A stretch of 64,000 nt of DNA. It comes from Lingula anatina (lineage: Eukaryota; Animalia; Brachiopoda). Below the pieces are notes generated by a model, which was not told where the DNA came from, searched no databases, and was given only the letters and a program-made list of their open reading frames with translations. This document shows positions 13,295-26,900 of this stretch, in pieces. The translations under genes and the position numbers were made by a program. The stretch is taken from NCBI GenBank assembly GCA_051362555.1, contig CM120643.1, positions 6,882,001 through 6,946,000 of the forward strand, given 5' to 3'. How positions within the stretch are numbered: position 1 is the first letter of the stretch; every line of letters starts with the position of its first letter.

Positions 13295-13620
13295 CAAAAG
13301 CCCCGCCCAACTGTCGCTTTCAATCCCAAGACTTCCGGTACCAGATCACTGCAACAAAGTACTCACCCTTTTGTCATCAAGAATGTGTTTGCATGCATTT
13401 AAAAGGATGCTGGAACCGTGGAATGTCCTACTGGTTCAGATCAAACTTTTATGGTAACCCATAAATATATCTTAGCCTTAGTATAACGTTATTTTATAAC
13501 GTGTAAAATTTTCCCGCTCCGTCCGACTAAGTAGGTCAAAGAAAACCCGCAGTGAATACTGGGTCACATCTCGGTACATCCGGTCACATGAAGCGCGCCG
13601 CTGTTTTACTCTGATCTGCT
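13295..13620. promoter_or_regulatory. CpG-rich promoter-like segment
   Basis: GC box ccccgccc ~13300, ETS-type acttccggt 13331, aagtaggtca and gtcacatga motifs, minus-strand donor gtgagt near 13365; no coding exon identified. Confidence 0.3.
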
Positions 13621-14889
13621 TCCCAGTTATTATATCTTCTGATTTTTTGTTTAGATATGATATTATTGATTGAGAATAAATTATAACAAAAAAGGTAATT
13701 AAAAATTATTTTTTATTGTTATTATTATATATTTTCTTTTTGCTTCAACTTTTGCTGGATCTCAGCACTGCTAACACAACGTTCAATTTAAAGACCTTCG
13801 CATTTAGAGCAATTAGGTCCTACCATTAAAAGTATAATAAACAAGCTTGAAAATATTCTAAAGTCAATTTTGCCTGCACATCATCTAGTACCTGTATTTT
13901 ACTTTTATAGACTGTGCTAGAGACTACGTACGCTAGTAAGCTTTATATAATTAGATGCGCGTTAATTTTTTTTTTTCAAAACGTCTAAATTTTTCCCTCA
14001 ATTCCAAGTATATTTTCTCAATGCCTGGTAACGAAGGTTATTTGCAAATGGCTTTTTAAGAGAATGCAACTTTGTCGTCTTTCGTGTAAAACATTTGACT
14101 GTGCCCTAGTAACATATCGTCCAGCTAATCATGAGGGCCCGCTGGGAAGGGGGGGGGGTAGTGATAACAGTTCAAGGCCACAGGAAATAAAATCATCAAA
14201 TCACAAATCACATAAATTAATTAAAAACTTCATTCGTACTGTATCTCATTGAAAATACTAGTCTGGCGAGCTGAAAATAACTATCATTGAGTATATTAAT
14301 GACTTCGTTCCACTATGGACGAGAGATAGGCCCCTACATGTAGAAACCCGCAATTCACGATTCACAGGAATGGGGTGCTTCACATCTCGGGGAATGATAA
14401 GTGCATGTTACGAGTAAGGAAAATACCCAACGGGGCCTTCAGTCCTTGTCTTAACTAAAATGAAGATTTAATTTATGTCTAAAATATTTTAAAACATTAA
14501 AGCAACTAAAATTAATGATCTAGAGCAAAAATACGCCACGTAGGATTTTTCAGCTTTTAAAAGTAGCTGCTAGTTATTTATTGCGTTATTTAAGATGAAC
14601 ATTCTAGACATTTTCTGAGACGTTACACATTATACTTGCTTCCAAACAGGTACCTTATATTTCTACTTTATTTAAAATAAACTTGAAATAAACTCTCTCT
14701 CTCTCTCCGGTTGTCTCTGACCGAATTCACAATCAGTTGATCCTCGGACCAGAATCAGGTAACAAACCTCTTTTATGATAATTAACTGTTATGACTGATA
14801 AATGAAACTGCATTTTTTCATTCGACAGCATCTTCCGCAACTTTACGAAAAAAATAAAAAATAAATATTTATATTGAAAACACATCTGT

Positions 14890-15240
14890 AGAGATTAACT
14901 CTGAAAGATGAAAAAAATGCCCGAGCTTTTGGCTTGTGAACCTTCTTCAGGTACCAAAACAAGAATAAACAAGCAAACTACAGGGATGTGTGACGTATGA
15001 TGCATGTAAAAGGGACACGAAGTTAGAAGTGCGTGATAAAGGTTAACGTCTTGAAGATGACATAATAATAAACCAAGAATAATATTCGTTTAGATACTCA
15101 TTGTCTCTATAAAGTCCTTTTTTGAAGTGTCTAATATTTTTATGAACTTCTTCTCGACAATCCGTCTTTGTCTTGTGTCGCGTATGTGTCCATTTAAAAT
15201 GGTGACTGTTTGTACTGTGGTGGTTCTTGATGCGAGCTTT
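14890..15240 (-). mobile_element. Penelope-like element 3' fragment (GIY-YIG C-terminus and pLTR with decayed hammerhead motif)
   Basis: Minus strand reads VTILNGHIRDTRQRRIVEKKFIKILDT / GLYRDNEYLNEY (frameshifted), followed by cctgaagaaggttcacaagccaaaagctcggg (14920-14951), a CUGAAGA...G(A)AA hammerhead-like motif. Confidence 0.7.
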
Positions 15241-15494
15241 AAGGGCGTAAGACAGCTTTTTTTTCTATCGTTTTCACTTTTAATTACTATATTAGTTCTA
15301 TTACTGTAGGCCTACATAGCTACCAATTATCTGCGCTTTAAGCTTGTACTTTTTATTACAGATACAAGCAAGGCAAGCAAAAAGTCTCTGGCAGTGAATT
15401 GTGAACTGTTGCTGCTACCACTCCTACATAAAGTAGATATTGCAAACATATATCGGCACATAAATCAATAAGAACAACAAATCAATAAGAACAA

Positions 15495-17205
15495 CAAATA
15501 CAGCTTCAAGCAAATGGAAATGAAAATAGAATATAGGCCCTACACACCCTTGACTTACGAGTTAAGCTACAATTAATTTTTAAAATAATGTCGGTACCTT
15601 GTCAATGTATGGCAGGACTACGTGAAAACGACATACACCCTCCTCTACACATACACTAAACACACACACACACACACACGCACGCGCACACACACACGCA
15701 CAGGCTCATCGTCGAAGAGGGGGAGAACCAAATCCAATCATCGAAGTTGTACATCGGTTCACTATTTGTCCTAAGTAAATCATCATAAAATAAGCGAATC
15801 AGATCAAAATTACAATAAAGCGCGGAATGTGCAGAGCAGCATAATCAACAACTGTGGGTTTGGATACAAAACTGCTCTTCCCCGTTGCCAACGCTCTCAA
15901 TTCAGTTCTATCTTTTAAAATAAAATGTTTTATTTTATATAAAAAAAACATGTATAAAACCACATACTTCGGTCGATAATCTAGCAGTGTGTAATACTGT
16001 TCATTAACCAAAATATGTTATACATGTAGCATTATCAAAATAGAAATACCATATCTTCTTGAACATGAGAAGTCACATTAGAATTCTCCCCCCCCCCCCC
16101 CGTCCCACCAATACGCCCCATTTCTATTGATACCATACAAACTCAGCGTGTGTAGAGTGTGAAAACTAAAATAGGTCAAAAGTTCACGGATAGGATATGC
16201 CGTGTAAAGATTCATAGGGGAGATAGGTAATCTCCTTTTGCTCTTTTTTTTTTTTAACCTGTCAATTTTGAGAAGAAATAGGCCTACAGTGAATCGGTGT
16301 CTCTCATTGCACTTAGGCAATATAAATTCAAATATGTAAAAAAGATCTTTCCTTTATCACGTAATTCGTCAGATGTAATCAAATACAGCATTTCCCTAGA
16401 AAACCTTTACCCCCTCTTGTGAATGCAATGTGCCGTCTGCAGAGCTCAGCGTCTGCCACCACGCTGGATGCTTCGCGGTTCCCGGGAGCTGAACAGTTAA
16501 CGCGGTCCAAAAACTTTTAGGGAGAGTCAAATGAAATAGAGAGGGACCGTGGCATCTATAAAGTTCTACATGGTGAAGCTGGAGATGTGGGCTAGTTTTA
16601 CTCTTTTCTTTAAAAGTTTGCAATATACTCTGGCTTTCAGTACCCGCATGCAACCAAAATATTTGCTGGTATCTTAATACATCTCCCACTTGTGTCTCCC
16701 CTCTAAAACGGTCCACACTAAAAAATCAATAATCGTATGGCATTTTTATACAGGCAATTGACCTACTTTTATACCCATGCAGCTATCGACGAGTTTTATG
16801 GCTGTGGAGTGAAAACGTGATACACGTCTGTGATATAAAAATTATTTCTAATTACATGATTTACAAACAGTGCATTTGGAATAAAGGTGTCCAGATTTGT
16901 GAGCAAAAGATGACATTGCTATTTGAAAATAATGAAAAAATTGGAGACAAGCCTAAATCAGAAAAAATGCATTTTTTTCTCTTATATGCAAATTAGGTTC
17001 CTTGAAGTAATATAAGACTGGCCGGAAGTGATGTTCAGAGATTTGTAACGATGATGATCTTGATGGCCTTGATGATCTTAATGGTGGTTCAAAAAATATT
17101 ATCAAAGTTTTCAGTTGTCATCTGGTGAGAAAGAAATTTTCTGCACTAACACAATCATTCCACGAGTGAAAAATAATTAGTAAACGCGCTTCAGATGCGC
17201 TGCAG
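15495..17205. repeat. Duplicated non-coding block, copy 1 (copy 2 at 46493-48047)
   Basis: Colinear direct similarity from caaataca.cttcaagcaaatg to cacaatcattccacgag; core 16714-16857 differs from 47561-47706 at about 5 positions by eye. Confidence 0.92.
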
Positions 17206-17431
17206 ACGTCTTGGCTTTTGGGCGAAAATCACACGCGACATTTCGTCATAATTATTTGATATAGGTAAAAAACTGATTGAAAATGGATATCGGCAAAGCA
17301 TTAAAATTTTGACGGCATTTCTGTTTATTTGTGTTCGACAAGGATGAATTTAATTAGAATACCCCCTCTCTCTCTTTTTAAGCGAATATAAAGGAGAAAG
17401 CCGAGCGAAAAAAATAATGCGCATAACATAA

Positions 17432-19425
17432 CAGGGGCGTAACCAGACCTTTTAAAATTGTACGCACAGAATTTCAAAATTCCCAGGTATAGCTAAATGT
17501 AGATCGACTTACGCAAAAGATGAAGGGCAGTTTAAATTATATGTGCCAAATATAATAGCTTAGTTTTCACCGTTTATAAAATCATTACTTAAAGTTTAAA
17601 ATATTCCCACAGTATAATTAAGTTCCAGTAAATTATTTCACCCAGAACCAACGCTTTTTCCGGCATTGGGGTGCAGGCCGTCCATAATTGCCATCTGACG
17701 TATCTTACTTCAAAATTTCAGGGCCTCAAACTTTTCCAAAAGCCGGGGGTGGGGGTGGGGTACAAATTAATGGATTCTTTTTTTAATAATAAATTTCATT
17801 GGGAAAGAGGGTTAAAAATAATTGATACCGATCTCCCGTCACGCTCTTCCACGAAAGACCGCCCTTGTATGAATATAAAAATTGCCTTCTCGTCTCGCTC
17901 GGATCGCGAACGATCTCTGGCTGACAATCTTCTGCGAACGAAGTCCATTGAACGAATGTGAAAATCGCTTTCTCTTTTCGCTCAGATCACGCTCGATCTC
18001 CCGCTGAAGATACGAAAATTGGCTTCTTGTCTCGCTGCGGTCGGTAACTATCTCTTGTTCCCGATCCTCGGTTAACGAAGTCTCTTGAACAAATATGAAA
18101 ATTGCCTTCTAGTCTGTTTCGGATTGCGAAGAATCTCTCGCCGAAGATATAAAAATTGCCTTTCTTATGTATTAGCTTTGTCAGATGCCATACGTACAAA
18201 GATCCGAAAGGTGTCCCCTTTCATAATTTGGCGGCAAGTTAGGTCATATTTCATTTAGGGCCTACACGTGTTTTGTACCGAATGTAGATCATTCTTGTCA
18301 CTTCTGCATTATGTATTTTAAAGTTAATGGAAACATTTTATTGTGTTTTGTAAGCTTTAGGTAGTAGTTACGTCGTGACTGAAAAACACCGTGCACTAGA
18401 AAGAAGTTTAATATTCATACGTCAAATTACTGCAATGGATTTTCATACGACGTCCACAGCTGCCCCGACAAGTTAAGTCTTTTTTAATCAGCTGCCGTCC
18501 AATTGGCAGCTGGAGGACTCGCTGAAAAAAGCCTTGCTTAGAATGGTATATTTATTGAACTAGGGGCTTACTGACACAAACTATGAAAACATATGCAAAT
18601 TATGCCCGCTTGTATCAAGCTAAATTCTAAATAACGGTGAGGCACCTTTGTTCGATGTGGTTTGTTGCGGTTATCCCGAGTTGTCAGAAAATAATCTTAA
18701 GAACAGTTGATCGTTGAAGGATTCTTACACCTTCTTGCTATATTATTCGTCATGTCCATGGTCAGCTTAAAGATGAATCTTCTAAAAGTTGAACTTATAT
18801 ATGGTATCATCCAAAATCAACCAATTATATTACAGGATAAAGTTCTGTTTGTTTGTGAAAATTGCCCATATCACCCTGTTAGTTTAGAGGGTTAAGCTGG
18901 GTCAAGTCCGTGTCAAAATTCTTTACAGTTTTGCAGGAAATATTTTTTTTTTGTTTCTCTGGCTCCTTATAAAGCCCGTTGTCCAGATTTTATCTAGTGT
19001 CCTCAGGTCTGCTGGAGCTGCTGTTTGAAAATAACACAGGTAGATTTTTATCTGAGATAAATATCGCCATCGAGTGTGCATTCGACACACTTAAGACAAA
19101 GGCTACCTGAGAGTTGAAGGGCATTCAAACTTCCAATTAAGAGGTAAAGGAAGTTCCAGCTAGATGGATGATTAAGATAGGACTTCTGGAGGTAGCTAGT
19201 ATTGTTTATTTACCTCAGTTCTGTGAAAGCAAACGAGACGGGGGGCGTCAGAACAATGGTGCGTATACGATTCATACAGAAGATTTGTACATTCAGGTGA
19301 CTCTAACTTGCAATCGAAGAGGATTTTTCGTGAAAATACACTAAATTTATAGAGAATAATATCGTGATTGTCTCAAAAAAATTGTACGCACAGTGCATCC
19401 GTGCGTATGCCTAGTTACGCCCATG
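17432..19425. mobile_element. Non-autonomous hAT-like DNA transposon
   Basis: Imperfect 15-bp TIRs caggggcgtaaccag / ctagttacgcccatg, subterminal tgtacgcacag motifs at both ends, flanks acataa / acatat (possible 6-bp TSD with one mismatch); CpG-rich internal repeats 17825-18170. Confidence 0.65.
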
Positions 19426-19969
19426 ACATATTATTAACAGTCAAAATATTCAGAAGTAAAAAAATTCAGAGTTAAAAATCTTGTTGGCCACTACAGTTCC
19501 TCTTCATAGAGGATCACAACAAGTCAACAATCTACACGCAATATGGTAACGTGCATATCGGTAACGCAGTGGTGGATTTAGAGGTTTCTGAAAAATATAT
19601 CGCACCAATATTCCCCTCTTGAAATTAGAATGTTGTCTAACCTTTGTATATTTTTAAGTGGAAAATCTTCTTATTGATATTATTCCATTTTTTCATAAAA
19701 ATTATTTGTTTTTCTTATAAAAATTAAAGTGAAAGGGAAAAGATTAGAGGGAGAAAAATTGAACATATACGCTTTTCCCCCAAAAATATCCTTTATTACA
19801 GTGAAATAATGAAGAACATACATACTATTGGCATGCATGTACCAAAAACAAAAAGACTTTCACTAGTATCTAAAAATGAAAATCAATATATCTTCATACA
19901 TAAAGAACAATACACCACCTCCAAAAGAATTAACAAAATTTTAAGTATAAGTCTAGAACCTAGAATGCT

Positions 19970-22424
19970 AACCCTGCAATGATTTTTCCTGCAAACTTTT
20001 TTTGCTGAAATGCATTTCTTAGGTTGAGAGAAGCAAAATTAGCTTGGTTGCTATTTCCGAGACATTGAGCATTTTTCAATATGGCCGTCAATTTATGAGG
20101 AAAAACGACCAGAAGTCACCGGGTAAACTTCATTGACAGCTTTTTTGAACGTGTATTCTGTCAGGAGAGCACAACAGTGCTAGTGAATACACTTAAGCCC
20201 GTTACATATAGCAGAAAAGCCAAAATGGCCGTCAAAACATATGACAGAAAGTAAAAAAAGCTTATCCTTTTTTTTTTGTAAACTTTTAAAATATTTTAAC
20301 ACCTATGGGTAAAAGGCATTTTTGTTGTTTAATAATGAATTTTATTATAAATAATCCAAGCAGGGGTATACAAACCCAGCGGTTAGGGCCCATGAGGTCA
20401 GCTATTCTTGACGTGACATAGTTCGGGGATATGCGAGGGCTACCCATCGACATCATGTATTTGAAATGTTATTTTTGCCAATATATACTTACAGATAATG
20501 GAAGCTTTGAGATAGGAATGTATGCATTTTCTACTTGTATTTTAGATATAATCAGAAACCTGGTTGAATGCCACAACATGCCAGGCTCTGTTAGCGATAT
20601 ACCGTTCACATTTGGTACAAATGATCCAAGTGTATCTGGAGTCCAAAGGGTGGATGTCCTACCCCGGCCTGTCTATTCTCCGGATATGAATCCGATTGAA
20701 CACTTATGGTACTACATATATCTTGGTCGTCCGTTGGCCAAGGCAGCAGCTGATCCAGGCACTACGACAAGGCTGGAATAGGATTCCGCACGACACCATC
20801 CCATCCAGATTGTCCGAGCATGCGCCAACAGATCGCTGCCTGCATCGAAACAAGCGGAGATCGTACCCGCTATTGACCGTTGTGACTTTGTGTTGGGCTG
20901 GTACCATTTTTGTTTTGAAACTATTCATGAAACTTAAGATTTTTGGTTCTGAATACCAATGTCCTAAGCAAATGATTTATATGAAAATAATCCAGTTTAC
21001 AGCTTCAAAATAACAATTATTTTGAAAAATATGGCCTCCAAGATTTTAATGGCTGTCAGCATATAACCAAAAGATTTGTAAGATGTTTTGTTTATTGACT
21101 CAAAAAAATGTAAAGTGAAAAAAGTGCAGTAATAAGAAAAATTAGAAATGCTGTTATATACTGATGAATTATTCTTACCCGTGCCAATCTCAATAAAAGA
21201 ATGGGAAGTTTTAAAGCTACATTTTATGTACATACTGAAAAAGTTACGATAAAGATATAAAATCAAAATATTAAGGTATGATCAATATAAAAACAAAAAC
21301 CAAAAAAATACAAGGTTAATATTTTGACAAAAGTTCAATTAAATTACATTCCCCTCCCCACCCGTCCCCACCAACAGACTTGGTTGGACTCCATGTAAAT
21401 GAGTCCCGATTTTGGACTCCCTGTGCCCAAATTCCTGCATGACCTGTTGGCCCTTGATAAACTTTTCATCAGATTGAGCCTGTATTAAAAAGAGAACTTA
21501 CGTAATGGTCAGCCCTATCAATGATCCTCTTTTATAGAGTCTTAGTATAACTGTACCTTTCAAGTACACTTTGTCAATAAATAAAATGGTTTGATATATA
21601 TTATACGCCGAATTATCAGTTTAAAACGTAATTTAACTGATTTTTTTTTACCTTTTTGGGCATGTTTTAGTGGTCATTTGAAATGCGGAATACCATGCAC
21701 TTTAAACCCGACTCTTTGCTATGTTACATAATTATCTATTTATAATAAATGATATTATATTTTTTTATATCATTGACGGCCATTTTGAATTTAGAAAATT
21801 GATCAATGTGCCATATGTAACCACTGCCAAGAAAGCCCAAATTAAATGAGCTTTTATACCCCCAAAGTATTAAATTCTTTTTAAAATATCAGGGAATAAC
21901 ATTCTAAGTATTTGACTATGGGACCGGGGAAGTAGCAAACAGACTCTTGGGTGGGGGTTATTGAACTGTCATATAATCTTATTCCAAGAGTTTAGGGTCA
22001 TGACTAACAAAATATTATAATTAACATAAATATAAAAGGGGATATGGTTTTAATAAAACTAAATATGCAAAAAAACAAACTGATTCTGCAGCTTTTATCA
22101 TTTTCTGCCTTATGTTTTGACGGCCATTTTGGTTTTTTGCTAAGTGGTACGCGATTAAGCTTATTCACTAGTACTGTTGTGCTCTCCTGATAGAATACAC
22201 GTTCAAAAAAAGCTGTCAATAAATTTTACCCGGCGACTTCTGGTCATTTTTCTATTTTTCCTCATAAATTGACGGCCATATTGAAATATGCTCAAGGTCT
22301 CAGAAATAGCAACCAAGCTTATTTTGCTTCTCTTAGCCTGAGAATGCATTTCAGCAAAAACAGTTTACAGGAAAGAACATTGCAGGGTTGGACTATTGGG
22401 CCTATGGGGGTGGCGACTCGACTA
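19970..22424. mobile_element. Foldback/MITE-like element with ~290-bp inverted repeats
   Basis: 19970-20260 is the reverse complement of 22090-22389; the right arm extends to ...gcgactcgacta 22424 while the left tip is missing. Superfamily not assigned. Confidence 0.8.
20570..20880 (+). pseudogene. Tc1/mariner transposase C-terminal relic
   Basis: VDVLPRPVYSPDMNPIEHLW (Tc1 WP..SPD.NPIE.LW motif) then, frameshifted, LIQALRQGWNRIPHDTI. Confidence 0.85.
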
Positions 22425-22680
22425 TATGGCATTACAGTATGGACAGGCCTCTATTCAAACAAATAAAAAATACATCAATTGAACAATTTTAAATATCTAA
22501 TTTCCTTGATCTGAAAACAGTAAAGGAACGAATCTGACAAACTACACTGATATCATTTTATTTCCATTTCTTATTCTTTATTTCACAATACACGCTAACA
22601 GATTTACCATCATTTTAATATAAACAACTAACAAAATTGTTAAGTTGAAAAAAAATGTCAAAAGAACATTTACATATGCA

Positions 22681-22950
22681 ACTAAAAAAGCACTCGGAGA
22701 GCGCAGACCTCTGCCACTAGTAAAGTCTCTACCCAATGCCGTTTCACTCCTAAATTTTCATTCTATAATGATTAAGTTTTTTTATTTTTGATTATTAATT
22801 GATCTGGATCACCACCAAAAACTATTCATCTGTTCTTTGGCCCACTTCTGACAGTTCCTGAAAATTTCATCAAAATCGGTCCATAGCTTTTTGAGTTACG
22901 TGGATGACAGACATACAGGGGTGAAAACATAACCTTCTGGGCGGAGGTAA
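22681..22950 (+). mobile_element. Short Helentron-associated (HINE-type) element
   Basis: Starts actaaaaaagcactcggagagcgcagacctctgcca, core gaaaatttcatcaaaatcggtccatag, ends gaaaacataaccttctgggcggaggtaa (terminal hairpin complementary to the 5' acctctgcc subTIR). Confidence 0.75.
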
Positions 22951-23954
22951 TTAGTTCAATTATGAGACGGTTAACATGCCAAAGAATTGAAAATAGCATA
23001 GGTGACAGCAATGTACAGACATGGCTGAAAATCATATTTAAGTGAATGTTGCAATGGTGTGGGACAAATTTTCTTCCAGCCTTCTTAAAGCTTTTATATT
23101 TGTGCAACATTAATAAAATTTCCATCTGAGGACGTCTATACAAATGTCACATGACCTACAGTTTAAAGCCAGAAGGAAAAAGCATTATTATGTCTTGTAT
23201 ATTGTAAAATTAAAATTTATCTTCTACCCTTTTCTGAACCAAGACAGCAGTTGTTGGAATGTTGAGTACACCAAGGAAGCCAACACAGATGTATTTCTAG
23301 GATAATGTATTAAAACAAACTGCAAAGTGCTGTTTTTGATTTTCATCTGGATTCTTAATTTCAACTCCGCTGTTACATTAACTAAGCTGTATCATTTTCC
23401 TCACATTTTTAAATACAACAAAAATATCATAATTACGGGTCAGATTATACTTGTCATGGAACTTTTTTGTTGGTTGTATTTGCCTTAGCACTTCTTTTAA
23501 TTCAGTCCCTTAATCCAGTTAATATATGTGCTAACTACTATGTAATAATACAGTCTCATGGTTACGTCTTGCAATCTGTAAAGCCTACAGGTTAATGAAG
23601 ATTTTAAAAATCTGTTAACTGATTTCTTATTGTTGAATTAGCAACAAATAAACCAAATATTGGTATGAGAGTTCTTTGAGGAATATTTTATGTGCAAGCA
23701 TGTGGGCTAAAGTTTCTGCAAACAGAACATCAGCACAAACACTATATTCAAACAGGAGGACTGACTCTTTAATAGCTTAACATTTTATCTGGAATTATTT
23801 AGTAAACAGGAATTCCAATTCTTCATCAGAGTTGGAAAGCTTCACCCATAAAAGAACAAATATATTATATGGGTTTAATATAACACTTCATAATAAAGTT
23901 CCATCATAACTACCAACATCTATTCTGCTTTGTGCGAGACATATTTCCTCTCAA

Positions 23955-26900
23955 CACATGGATAAGACAAAGTGCTGCTCTTGGTGCTGTCTTTCACTAC
24001 CTGCTTTTTCATGGTAAGGGTACTCTAAAAAAAGAACAATATAACTGAAAAAACTGAAAATTACATTGGAAGGACTAGCAAATCCAAGGACTTAAAATAG
24101 TTAAACGTTAATAATTTTGTCAAATCTTGTCTAATATTTCTGAAATTTGTACAAATGATGCTTAACAACAATAAAAATCTGTGATTAGATGATCTGTTGA
24201 CTGTATCTAATGAAAAGTATCTTCTTTGGGACAATTAATTTAGGACAACTGAAATTTACATTGAAAAGACTGGCAAATCCAAGGACTTAAAATAGTTAAA
24301 TGTTAATAATTTTGTCAAATCTAGTCCAGTGTTTCTGAAATTTGTACAAATGATGCTTAACAACAATAAAAACCTGTGATAAACTGATCAAATGACTGTG
24401 TCTAATGAAAAGTATCTTCTTTCGACAATATCCTTGAAAAAAACTGAAAATTACACTGAAAAATCTGGCAAATTCCATGGCTTAAAATAGTTAAATGTTA
24501 ATAATTTTGCAATTATAAAATAAAATAGCAAATGTGATGATTTGAGGTTGTTTGTGTAGGAGGTTGCAAATTACCTATAACTGTTATCTGAAAAACAATA
24601 TATACCCATACAAGACTTCTCCTTACTATCAATGCCAGATGCAGATTACTCCTTACAATGGGTTTCTGGAATGGGTTGCTGTTAGCACAACATTTGACAA
24701 TGTCCTAAATCTCGCCACATATCATGTATTGTACACATGGATAAGACATAGTGCTGCTCTTGGTGCTGTCTTTCACTGCCTGCCTTTTCATGGTAAGGGT
24801 ATTCTGGAAAAAGAAGAATATAACTGAAAAATCTGAAAATTACATTAAAAAGACTGACAAATGCAATGCCTTTAAATAGTTAAACGGAAATAATTTTGTC
24901 AAATCTAGTCCAATATTTCTGAAATTTGTAAAAATGATGCTTAACAACAATAAAAATCTGTGATAAGATGATCTGTTGACTGTATTTAATGAAAAGTGTT
25001 TTTGGGGACAATATATTTGGGAAAACTGAAATTTACATTGAAAAGACTGGCAAATCCCAGGACTTAAAATAGTTAAATGATAATAATTTTGTCAAATCTT
25101 GTCCAATATTTTATGAAAATTGTACAAATGATGCTTAACAACAATAAAAATCTGTGATAAGCTGATCAAATGACTGTGTCTAATGAAAAGTGTTTTTTTG
25201 GACAACATTATTTGGGACAACTGAAATTTACATTGAGAAGACTGGCAAAACACAGGAATTTAAAATAGTTAAACGTTAATAATTTTGTCAAATCTTGTCC
25301 AGTGTTTCTGAAATTTGTACAAATGATTCTTAACAACAATAAAAATCTGTGATAAGCTGATCAAATGACTGTGTTTATTGAAAAGTATCTTCTTGCGACA
25401 ATATCTTTGAAAAACTGAAAATTACATTGAAAACACTGGCAAATTTAATGGCTTAAAATAGTTAAATGTTAATAATTTTGTAATGAGATTATAAAATAAA
25501 ATAGCAAATGTGATGACTTGAGGTTGTTTGTGTAAGAGGTTGCAAATTACCTATAACTGTTATCTGGAAAACAATATAAACCCATACAAGACTTCTCCTT
25601 ACTATCAATGCCAGATGCAGATAACTCCTTACAATGGGTTTCTGGAATGGGTTGTTGTTATCACAATATTTGACAATGTCCTTATTCTTGCTACATATCA
25701 TGTATTGTACACATGGATAAGACATAGCGCTGCTCTTGGTGCTGTCTTTCAGTGCCTGCCTTTTCATGGTAATGGTACTCTGGAAAAAAGAACAATATAA
25801 CTGAAAAAACTGAAAATTATATTGTAAAGACTGGCAAATGCAATGACTTAAAATAGTTAAACGATAATAATTTTGTCAAATCTTGTCCACTATTTCTGAA
25901 ATTTGTACAAAAGATGCTTAACAACAATAGAAATCTGTTGTAAGATGATCAGTTGACTGTATCTAATGAAAAGTGATTTTTGGGACAACAAATTTGGGAC
26001 AACTGAAATTTACATTGAGAAGACTGGTAAAACACAGGACTTTAAAATAGTTAAACGTTAATAACTTTGTCAAATCTTGTCCAATATTTCCGAAATTTGT
26101 ACAAATGATGCTTAACAACAATAAAAATCTGTGATTAGATAATCTGTTGACTGTATCTAATGAAAAGTGTTTTTTGGGACAACGTATTCGGAAAAACTGA
26201 AATTTACATTGAAAAGACTGGCAAATTCCAGGACTTAAAATAGTTTTAAAAACGTTAATAATTTTGTCAAATCTCGTCCAGTGTTTCTGAAAATTATACA
26301 AATGATGCTTAACAACAACAAAAATCTGTGATAAGCTGATCAAATGACTGTGTCTAATGAAAAGTATCTTCTTGCAACAATATCTTTGAAAAAACTGAAA
26401 ATTACACTGAAAACACTGGCAAATTCCATGGCTTAAAATAGTTAAATGTTAATAATTTTGCAATGTGAATATAAAATAAAATAGCAAATGTGATGACTTG
26501 AGGTTGTGTGTGTAAGAGGTTGCAAATTACCTTTAACTGTTATCTGGAAAACAATATACAGGGTATACCCATACAAGACTTCTCCTTACTATCAATGTCA
26601 GATGCAGATTACTCCTTACAATGGGTTTCTGGAATGGGTTGTTGCTATCACAGTATTTGACAATGTCCTAAATCTTGCCACATATCATGTATTGTACACA
26701 TGGATAAGACATAGTGCTGCTCTTGATGCTGTCTTTCACTGCCTGCTTTTTCATGGTAAGGGTACTCTGGAAAAAGAACAATATAACTGAAAAAACTGAA
26801 AATTACATTGAAAAGACTGGCAAATGCAATGACTTAAAATAGTTAAAAGATAATAATTTTGTCAAATCTAGTCCAATATTTCTGAAATTTGTACAAATGA

